NCBI GenBank assembly: GCA_964016885.1
Contig: OZ024741.1
Span: 121,334,001 to 121,398,000 of the forward strand
DNA length: 64,000 bases
Direction: 5' to 3'
DNA from: Eledone cirrhosa
Lineage: Eukaryota
Shown: in pieces, positions 51,321 to 64,000 of the stretch
Numbering within the stretch: position 1 is the stretch's first letter
Layout: every line of letters begins with the position of its first letter
Program-made: the position numbers and the translations under genes
Notes under the pieces: generated by a model
Databases searched by the model: none
The model's input: only the letters and a program-made list of their open reading frames with translations
Told to the model about the DNA's origin: nothing

Positions 51321-51635
51321 CTAAAATAAAATAAAAACAGTTTTGAGGTTCAGTGAATAAATCTGTTAAAAGCTGCATCGTTTAATTAAAACCAAAACTT
51401 CGAAGTCACTGCCACCTTTTTCTTTCAGAAACAAAAACCTATACTCTACTCATATGTATTGAGTGATTTTTCAGTTCATATTTGACTGTTTCTACGTAGA
51501 ATATACAATAACACACCTCCAACAATACATACATACATATATAATGTGTGTATATATATACACACATATATCCATATGTTTGGGTTTAAAAACAAGAGGA
51601 AAAAAAGACTGGGAGAATATTATATATATATATAT

Positions 51636-51740
<105 letters not shown>

Positions 51741-51830
51741 TCAGTGTGTATGCTTGAGTATGTATGTCTATATTCATGAACTGAACATAATGATAATAAA
51801 TAGGTAATAAATAGAAATAAGTCTTCTTAC

Positions 51831-51995
51831 AGAGGTCACAGCTTCGGTTTGATGTTGAGTTGACACTACGTGTCGTGTATTCGATGGGACAATTCTTACA
51901 GACATCATAATAATCTTCATTGTTGTCTTTATATGTCCCAACTGCGCATGATTTGCATATAGCTCCCTTACTTTCAAAGCCTGATTCACAGAAGA
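51831..51995 (-). CDS. Host gene exon: Ephrin_rec_like repeat 5
   Basis: FCESGFESKGAICKSCAVGTYKDNNEDYYDVCKNCPIEYTTRSVNSTSNRSCDL; 165 nt, phase 1-1. Confidence 0.9.
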
Positions 51996-52153
51996 CTAAA
52001 CAAAGAGTACAGGAAGGATATTGACATAAGAATTTTTTATTATTATATTATAAAAAAGGTTGTGATACGTTTGATAAATGGAGACAAATATGACAAGCAT
52101 GTAAAGAATATAATAAGGCAATGGAATTACAATACCGTTGTGGTAAGATTAGT

Positions 52154-52605
52154 AATTGTTTTCATTTTTGGCACAAGGCCAGCAATTATTTCACCAGTGC
52201 ATTACTGGTACTTTAATTTATCGACCCTGTAAGGATGAAAGGCAAAGTTAACCTCGGCGGGATTTGAACTCAGATCGTAAAGGGACGTAACTCTATGCTG
52301 CAAAGCATGGCGTCCGACCCTCTATTTCGAGGACAGGATATTGCCCATGTAGCATGTCCCCCCTCTCCACAACTCGAACAAATTGAGCTCATTGCGTTAC
52401 TAGTACTTTGTTTTAACGACACCGTTGAAAGACAAAGCTAACTCCAGAACGTTAAAGAGGGACGAACTATATTTCGCAAAGCATGATGTGCAAAGCTCTA
52501 CCGATATTGCCAATTCACCAGCCTAATTCTAACCAACTTGATAATTTAATTGTTTCTACTTTTGGCACAAGGCCAGCAATTAACCAGTGTATTACTGGTA
52601 CTTTA
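52154..52605 (-). mobile_element. Cluster of SINE copies and fragments, main family
   Basis: Matches at 52154-52324, about 52395-52520 (diverged) and 52547-52605 (tail only). Confidence 0.75.
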
Positions 52606-52838
52606 TATAATTTAATAAGATGAAATATTTGTAAACCAGATATGAAACATGTAGGCCATCGATTTTGGTGGGAGAGAAAAGTCGATTATACCGTCAGGTA
52701 CTATATTTTATGGACCAAGAAAGGATGAGCGTAGAAGGTCATAATTAAATAAGGTAAATCATTTTGACCGACGACTATCGATACTGTCCAACCGCAACCC
52801 TTTCCTGTACATTTAATAATAAACAAAGCTACACTTAC

Positions 52839-53000
52839 ATTTACACTTGCTACTATCCTGTGCCCCTCTGATGTCGGTGCGATACCGTGGGCCGCAACTC
52901 TTACAAGAGGTTTGGTAGTTCTGGTCTTGGTATGTTCCTTCTGGACATAGTATACAAGTGTTGTTGGAAACCTCCAAGTATTTACCAGCAATGCATGCAG
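52839..53000 (-). CDS. Host gene exon: Ephrin_rec_like repeat 4
   Basis: ACIAGKYLEVSNNTCILCPEGTYQDQNYQTSCKSCGPRYRTDIRGAQDSSKCK; 162 nt. Confidence 0.9.
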
Positions 53001-53048
53001 CTGTGGAAAAGAATAAAGTAGTTTTCTATTATTTTTGTATGAGGTAAG

Positions 53049-53160
<112 letters not shown>

Positions 53161-53596
53161 ACAGAGAATGTCTGTCTGTCTGTCTGACTCCCTATTACTC
53201 GAGAACCACCCAACCGATTGTTTTTCAGATTTTACAGATGTAATACTTATGGTCCAAAAAATATTTCAAATTTTCAATGCCCTAGGGACCGCATTAGGCG
53301 ATTTAGCGATCTCTCTCTATAATTCTTAGTCTTTCTTTTTAGATAGATACATAGATATAACGTTGCGCCCTTATAATATCTGTCTGTAGGTCTGGCTGTA
53401 TGCATTATGACATTATGGCGTTATATGTGTGTGTGTGTATATATATGTATATATATAGTGTGTGTATATATATATATATATATAGTGTGTAACGTTTTTC
53501 GAAATATTTACTTCTGCGTTCACAGATTGATTTTTTTAGTTTCAGAAGATCTCCTTAAGCAGCGATTCTTTGCTTAAACTTTAATCTGTTATTTTA

Positions 53597-53666
<70 letters not shown>

Positions 53667-53755
53667 AATGAATAATAACATGTAGACATCATACCGTACG
53701 TCAACCATATCCAGTGTAGTAATTAAACATCACTACATCTTGGATAATCCTATAC

Positions 53756-53835
<80 letters not shown>

Positions 53836-53861
53836 TATACATATATATATATATATATATA

Positions 53862-56323
<2,462 letters not shown>

Positions 56324-56578
56324 TATATTCGTGTACAGATATTTTTGCATACACAATAACAAAATATAAACAAATTATTTATTTCACGATAAAGTATTGA
56401 TTTTCTTCGCACGGAAAAAAAAACCTGGTAATCTACGACAAATTCTTTTTATAACCACAAAATGTAGATCCCATCCCGAGGCCGAAGTATTCCGTTCTTC
56501 TCTGTACTGTTTCAGAACGGAAGGATAAACATGCCAATCCATGTTTAGAATCCCGAGCAACGCCGGGCCATTCTGCTA

Positions 56579-56696
<118 letters not shown>

Positions 56697-56967
56697 GTAT
56701 GTATCGCTTGTCTGTGTTAATCTCTTTTTATCTATATGTAACTACTCCAATGATTGGCGTTATAAAAGATCCTTTTTATATTTGCACCTGGTATATATAT
56801 AAACAAGATCTTTATAACATGTATAAAAAAATTGATGTTAGCCAAGCCTGCTTTCTTTGTTTTCGATCTTCAAAACATTTATTATTAGGTTAAATTGTTT
56901 TTTCGTTAAAACTCCTGCGTGTTGATTATCAACCAATGTGGTAGAATATATATATTTTTATACTTAC

Positions 56968-57126
56968 TGATATTACACTGATCTTCACTTGTACTTCCCG
57001 TGGTTAGTGTTATGGTGTTATTCCTGCACATCTGACAAGTGTTAACAGTACTGTTCTTCTCTCGATAGTAACCAATATTACATGGTGTGCAGTTGGTAGT
57101 ACGTTCGTACCCAGCAGGACATGTTA
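56968..57126 (-). CDS. Host gene exon: Ephrin_rec_like repeat 3
   Basis: TCPAGYERTTNCTPCNIGYYREKNSTVNTCQMCRNNTITLTTGSTSEDQCNI; 159 nt, phase 1-1. Confidence 0.9.
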
Positions 57127-58215
57127 CTAATGTAAGTAATTACATTAGAAAAAAATAAAAGCAGCGAATAAGAAATATGTTACGAATCAATAATACTCCA
57201 ATGACATCTCATAAAGCAAGAAAATATTTATTATGTCTATCAATTCACCAAGTGGAGAGGATGTCGAACTTTCATCTGAATGTTGATGATTTATTGGGTG
57301 TATATCAGGAGATGGGCTCAGCAAGGTTTAAAAATGCCTTAATAAACGCCGTATACCAATATGGTGCCCCCCTACGACACCCTCAGGAGTTACGGGTCCA
57401 TACTATACCATAACATGTTACATGTGGTTGTAGCATGACCGAATACGTAAGAGGTTCCAGGTTCAATCTCACATTTTCAGCAAGTGTCATTTATCATAGC
57501 CTTGGGTCAACCCATGTCTTGATAGTGAAACTGGGTTAACAGAAACTGTTTGGAAGCCTTGAAAGGTAAACGTGTCAGTGAAAGGCTCACTCATTTACAC
57601 TTTAACTTCATGACCAGTCTGTTCCGTTGGTCAAACGACTGGAACACTCCTCGATAGTTTATAACCCGGTCGTTGGAACAGAATCTGCTTATTAAGCGAG
57701 AAGTCTATTTATCGACTAATTCACTTTGCGACTAGGTAGGTGGAACGGACCTAGTTATTGAATGAGAAGGGGCAGTATTTCATAGTTCCCTATAAATTTA
57801 AAACCATCTTACAGTTTCCATGTCTATGGCTAGTATTTTTTCTAATTGTTATTTGTGTTTACAGCAGTGTACGAAACGTCAAGAATATATTATATTGTTA
57901 TTGGTATTTCAGAATGTCCTTTACTTCCCACGTGAGGTAAGCTTACTGGGAAAGGCGTATACACTCTGTCAATCGTAACTCCTGACAGAAGCGTCACCAG
58001 TGGCGGGATTTGGAATAGAGACAGGGTCTTTTATGGATTCCGTACTTTATTTATCGACCCAGAAAGAACGAAAAACAAAGATGACCTCGGAATAAAAGGC
58101 CGGAACAAATACTGAAGCATTTAATCTATCTATTTAACCGATCTATCCATCACATCTTTCTCTATTTCTCTCTCTCTCTCACTACACACCTTTCTCTATT
58201 TCTCTCTCTCTCTCA

Positions 58216-58275
<60 letters not shown>

Positions 58276-58434
58276 ACACACACACACATACACACACACA
58301 TATATAGGTTTGGCTGTACAAACGGGGGAAACAAGATTCAATACATAGGTAAATTGATAAATTGATGTATACTTTATTATAACTGTGAAGCTACACCAGC
58401 GACTCATCACTTTATATATGATTAAAATACTTAC

Positions 58435-58596
58435 CAAAACATTCAGTTTCTGATGTTGAACCCTGAGTTTTTGTACTTCTTCCAGAAGGACAGGGTTTAC
58501 ATAAAAATTGACCGGTTTCATTTTGATAGCTGTTAATATCACAGGGGGTACATTTCTTATCCGCAATATCAAAATACTCTCCCATCTTACACGACT
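58435..58596 (-). CDS. Host gene exon: Ephrin_rec_like repeat 2
   Basis: SCKMGEYFDIADKKCTPCDINSYQNETGQFLCKPCPSGRSTKTQGSTSETECF; 162 nt. Confidence 0.92.
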
Positions 58597-59110
58597 CTAA
58601 AGTAAAGACATAAAAAATATGAAGTTCGTTTTAAAATAAACGTTTGTTGAATGTTTCTTCATTTTTATTTAAAAAAAACCTGTAGTAGAATGAAATGGAC
58701 CTCCGTTGATTTCGACGATGAGTGTTCCAGTCCTTTGATCAACAGAACAGCCTGCTGATGAACTTAATGTGTAAGTGGCTGGGGATTCAACAGACACGTG
58801 AACGTGGACAAAAGCAATGTGAAGCCAATCGCCTTCACACTAAATATAAATAGGATATTATTTGAAAGATATTTGGCTGGCAGTTACTTTTATTTCTAGC
58901 TTTTATTTCTAGCCAGCAACCATGCAGAGGTGCCTTCCATAAACGTGAACACACACCCGTGCACACATGCACGCACGCATCCCCCACACAAACACATTAG
59001 AATGTGTTTAAAATACCATAGTATTTAAAACATTCAAACATTAACTGTATGAACACTCAATACTGGTGGGTATAGTGCGAAGTTTCAGCTTGGTCGCTTC
59101 ATATATATAT

Positions 59111-59402
59111 TCTATATTATAAAGCTGACGGTCGTATGTATGTAACAAACTTGTCGCTAAACGGCTGGACCAAACAGCACCAAATTTGCACCATAGATGT
59201 AACCCTCTCCAAGTAAACACCAACTAAATTTAGTTAAAAGATTAAAGATATTTGATTGTTTATTTAAATATTCACTTCTTTAAATTTTTCAAATGTCAAC
59301 ACTTCCGGTTATCGATCTCTTTCTTTCTTAGTCTGTCTTTTTAATATCTGTCTGTATGTCTGATGTCTGCATTACGGAAAACCATTCTGTACATTGACTT
59401 CG

Positions 59403-59501
<99 letters not shown>

Positions 59502-60593
59502 TTCGTATCATAAATAAAAGACAGTTTAATTTGTACATTTTATTACAGCATTCCTTTATACGTATATATATACATACATAAACATGTTATTTACAGTTGT
59601 ATAAAAAAGAAGTATAATTGTTTCTACTTTTGGCACAAGGCCAGCAATTATCCCAGTACATTATTGGTACTTTATTATATATAATATATATAATACGACA
59701 TTCCTCTCTCTTTCTTACTCTGTCTTTTTAGATAGATACATAGCTATAAGGTCGCGCCCTTATAATATATGTCTGTATGTCTGACTGTCTGCATTGACTT
59801 CGCTTCTAACCAACTTTTAATTAATTATACATATATATATATGATTATATATTCGTGTACATATTTTCAACAGTATACTGTACTGTACTATATATTTTCA
59901 ACAGTGATACTATATATTTTCAACAGTAATACTATACTACATAATTTCAACTGTAATACTATACTATATATTTTCAACAGTATACTGTACTGTACTATAT
60001 ATTTTCAACAGTAATACTGTACTATATATTTTCAACAGTGATACTATACTATACTATATATTTTCAACAGTAATACTGTACTATACTATATATTTTCAAC
60101 AGTAATACTGTACTATATATTTTCAACAAATTAAACTGTACCATACTATATATTTTCAACAGTAATACTGTACTATATATTTTCAACAGTAATACTATAC
60201 CATATATTTTCAACAGTAATACTATACTATATGTTTTCAACAGTAATATTATACTATATATTTTCAACAGCAATACTATACTATACATTTTCAACTGTAA
60301 TACTGTACTATACTATATATTTTCAACAGTAATATTATACTATATATTTTCTACAGTAATACTATACTATACATTTTCTACAGTAATACTATACTATACA
60401 TTTTCAACAGTAATACTATACTATACATTTTCAACAGTAATACTATACTATATATTTTCAACAGTCATACTATCGTACACAGACGGCTTATCGTCTGTTT
60501 ATCCAAGCGAAGCTAGGTACCTCAGCTATATATATATCTAGATGCCGTAGAACATGCTAATGGTAGCCGGGCGTCAGCCGGACTGGCCAGCTA

Positions 60594-60596
<3 letters not shown>
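59111..60596 (+). mobile_element. Non-autonomous Helitron-like element with internal minisatellite (about 59860-60470)
   Basis: 5' TCTATATTATAAA; internal blocks shared with 53310-53400; 3' ends 'ccaagcgaagctaggtacctcagcta' and 'ccgggcgtcagccgg...gctagt'; tandem TATTTTCAACAGTAATACTATAC units. Confidence 0.6.
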
Positions 60597-60653
<57 letters not shown>

Positions 60654-60799
60654 TCGGTTAATGTCTATTTTCCAGGCTAGCATGGGCAGGGTGGGCTGTC
60701 CCTTTGTGAAAGATCAGGTCGGAGGACTGTCTTTCGCTCAAACAGAACAGTTTTTGGCTTGGTTTCTACGATTGGATGCCCTTCCTAACTCCAACCACA

Positions 60800-62175
60800 T
60801 ACATAGTGTGTACTGGGTGCTTTTTGTCGTGTCGTTAACACGATTACTTTACAGTGTGTGCTGGGTGTATTTTGTCGTGTTGCCAACGCGACCACTTTAC
60901 TGTGTGGACTGGGCGCTTTTTGTCGTGACACCTACATTACCACTTTACTGTGTGGACTGGGCGCTTTTTGTCGTGACACCTACATTACCACTTTACTGTG
61001 TGGACTGGGCGCTTTTTGTCGTGACACCTACACAACCACTTTACAGTGTGGACTGGGCGCTTTTTGTCGTGACACCTACATTACCACTTTACTGTGTGGA
61101 CTGGGCGCTTTTTGTCGTGACACCTACATTACCACTTTACTGTGTGGACTGGGCGCTTTTTGTCGTGACACCTACATTACCACTTTACTGTGTGAACTGG
61201 GCGCTTTTTGTCGTGACACCTACATTACCACTTTACTGTGTGAACTGGGCGCTTTTTGTCGTGACACCTACATTACCACTTTACTGTGTGAACTGGGCGC
61301 TTTTTGTCGTGACACCTACATTACCACTTTACTGTGTGGACTGGGCGCTTTTTATCGTGACACCTACATTACCACTTTACTGTGTGGACTAGGCGCTTTT
61401 TGTCGTGACACCTACATTACCACTTTACTGTGTGAACTGGGCGCTTTTTGTCGTGACACCTACATTACCACTTTACTGTGTGAACTGGGCGCTTTTTGTC
61501 GTGACACCTACATTACCACTTTACTGTGTGAACTGGGCGCTTTTTGTCGTGACACCTACATTACCACTTTACTGTGTGGACTGGGCGCTTTTTGTCGTGA
61601 CACCTACATTACCACTTTACTGTGTGGACTGGGCGCTTTTTGTCGTGACACCTACATTACCACTTTACTGTGTGAACTGGGCGCTTTTTGTCGTGACACC
61701 TACATTACCACTTTACTGTGTGGACTGGGCGCTTTTTGTCGTGACACCTACATTACCACTTTACTGTGTGGACTGGGCGCTTTTTGTCGTGACACCTACA
61801 TTACCACTTTACTGTGTGGACTGGGCGCTTTTTGTCGTGACACCTACACAACCACTTTACAGTGTGGACTGGGCGCTTTTTGTCGTGACACCTACACAAC
61901 CACTTTACAGTGTGGACTGGGCGCTTTTTGTCGTGACACCTACACAACCACTTTACAGTGTGGACTGGGCGCTTTTTGTCGTGACACCTACATTACCACT
62001 TTACTGTGTGGACTGGGCGCTTTTTGTCGTGACACCTACACAACCACTTTACTGTGTGGACTGGGCGCTTTTTGTCGTGACACCTACACAACCACTTTAC
62101 TGTGTGAACTGGGCGCTTTTTGTCGTGACACCTACATTACCACTTCATAGAATGGGCTGGGCACTTCTGTCGTGG
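60800..62175. repeat. 48-bp minisatellite, about 26 near-perfect copies plus degenerate edge copies
   Basis: Unit ttaccactttactgtgtggactgggcgctttttgtcgtgacacctaca, contiguous with no spacers; 16-aa periodicity in the ORF track. Confidence 0.95.
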
Positions 62176-62241
62176 CTCTAGGGAGACCATCTTATTGTTA
62201 TATATATATATAGGTTTCAAGAAAATATGAAAATGCCTTAC

Positions 62242-62403
62242 CTTCACAGGAAATGATGTTCCTACTTCCTGTAGTAATCGTTGTTTTATTATCTGGGCAT
62301 AATTTACAAGTCGTCATTGCCTTTTCATCCTGGTAGCTTCCCTTTGGACATCTCTCACACGTTTTCTGGCTGGCATTGAAATATGTTCCCAACGGACAAA
62401 CAA
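62242..62403 (-). CDS. Host gene exon: Ephrin_rec_like repeat 1 (most upstream exon visible; gene continues beyond the window)
   Basis: VCPLGTYFNASQKTCERCPKGSYQDEKAMTTCKLCPDNKTTITTGSRNIISCE; ttgttag/GTAAG; 162 nt, phase 1-1. Confidence 0.92.
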
Positions 62404-64000
62404 CTAACAAGGAAAGATTGGGAAATTATTCGGAGTTTAGTATATTGGGATCGATCCTACTTTCTCTCATTTTTACTTTCTCCCTCATTCTCTGTTTGAT
62501 TCTGGAACCAATTGGCTACATCCAACCGTGGAGAAGGATGGGCTTCACTAGGTATAACCCTTTTGATACACAACAACCTGAAAGCCTTCCTGGTTCTACG
62601 ACATTAAGCTGCTTATTTTAAGTGTATATTTATTTTTAAATATTCAATTATAATTTTAGGTAAGAATCTTTACTATGTAATGTTCCAAACACCAGCTTAA
62701 AACTTTGATCAAAAACATTTGAAAAACGGCCCTGGTTCTACGATACAAAACTGGGGTTTTAAAGTGTTTAAATTTATCTAAAATCCTTCCATCATAATTC
62801 TATGCAAGAACCTTTGTTAAGTTATATTCCAAACACCAACTTAATAATAAGTTAATTATATTACTAAATATTTCCAAGTTTTTGAATATTTTAAATATGT
62901 CGGTGCCTGTTATTATAAACATGATAACGAAAAGGTTAAAATGGCAAAACAATGTATATCACAATGGCGTTCCTACGACTGCATCAATAGTTAAGGGCTC
63001 CCGAATTCAGATTCGGATTACAAAAATCATATATCATGTTATAGCATGTTAGAATATATAATGCCAAAGATGGTGTCATATCAGACACACACAATCACAC
63101 AAAAACACATACACACATACACACACAAACATACGGGCACACATACACACACACACATATATACTGGTTAATTTACGAAGCATTGGGGGAGATTTGAAAT
63201 TTGAAAGCACGTTTCCTTGTTTGGGCCTGTTGCTACAATGCAGATAAGTATAAATAATAGTTGAGTAAGTTGAGCAAAGTACTCCTGAAGACTGAAGATG
63301 GGAAAAGCTGAGCAGAATGCATACAGGAATCGAAGCATCCATCTGCCGTATGTCGAACAACTGCCTTTAACCATCACACTAATTGCATCATGCGCATTCG
63401 GTGTCTTTTTTAAAGCGATGTTTTACTGCCAGATGCTCTTCCTGGAATTAATACTTTTAGTCGCCTCTTTCAACACACAGGGATACGGTATGCCGGGACC
63501 TTGTGGGCCTTCATTTACTCATAATAGTGAGAGATGGGGAGAGCTGGAGAGACGGAGGCAGTGACAGTGGGAGTTTTGTTCTTTTGTGTTCGGACCCTGT
63601 GTGTTTCACGGACACACAGGGAGTATCACCATCTTCACCTATATTCATATATTCTTTTCTAGACTAAAATTCATGAAACAGATTTTAAAAAAAAATGTGT
63701 TATGGAGGCTTATACGTTCTGGATTGCTCCAGTAAAAAATAATATGGTTATTTTCTTTCTTTCTTTCTTTTATCTTTCTTTCTTTTACTGGATTCAGTCA
63801 TTAGACTACGGCCATGTTACGACACCATCTTAAAAGGATTTAATCAATCATTTAAATAGTTCTTACCTTTTCAAGTTTGGTACTTATTTCATCGAACATT
63901 TTTGTCGAACCGCTAAGTTACGGGACACAAACGTAGACACGAACACAAACGTAAACGTACCCCCACACACACACACACACACACACACACATCCTTTGAA

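Noticed and set aside
60800-62175. CRISPR-like array or repetitive protein ORFs (243-430 aa)
   Set aside because: Units are contiguous with no unique spacers, there are no cas genes, and the context is a eukaryotic intron. The ORFs exist because the 48-bp unit lacks stops in two frames.
63595-63621. Hairpin CCCTGTGTGT-7 nt-ACACACAGGG as a terminator
   Set aside because: Eukaryotic context, no U-tract, partly TG/CA low complexity; no function supportable.

Overview
Eukaryotic, AT-rich animal genomic DNA saturated with microsatellites; the repeat content suggests a cephalopod (octopus-like), which is an inference. (1) 1.2-12.8 kb: two near full-length, diverged Tx1-clade (L1 group) non-LTR retrotransposons in head-to-tail tandem, each bounded by (TATC)n, suggesting a GATA/TATC-microsatellite-targeting family. 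In both, ORF1 and ORF2 share one frame and are separated by a single stop that sits in a splice-donor consensus. (2) 13.2-14.7 kb: a decayed restriction-like-endonuclease (HERO-like) LINE. (3) About 23.4-62.4 kb, minus strand: the 3' part of a host gene reconstructed by hand from GT-AG exons, encoding at least 10 Ephrin_rec_like (GCC2_GCC3) Cys repeats, 2 EGF domains, a transmembrane helix and a cytoplasmic tail, with a possible 10-nt microexon switching between two PDZ-ligand-like C-termini. (4) Introns and flanks hold a decayed Penelope-like GIY-YIG element and about 10 type-I hammerhead ribozyme motifs, several as outward-facing inverted pairs in (TA)n; RTE LINE fragments with triple C2H2 fingers plus a non-autonomous partner; tRNA-derived SINEs; Helitron-like elements; MITEs; and a 48-bp minisatellite. 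Most long ORFs in the supplied track beyond 15 kb are microsatellite artefacts.
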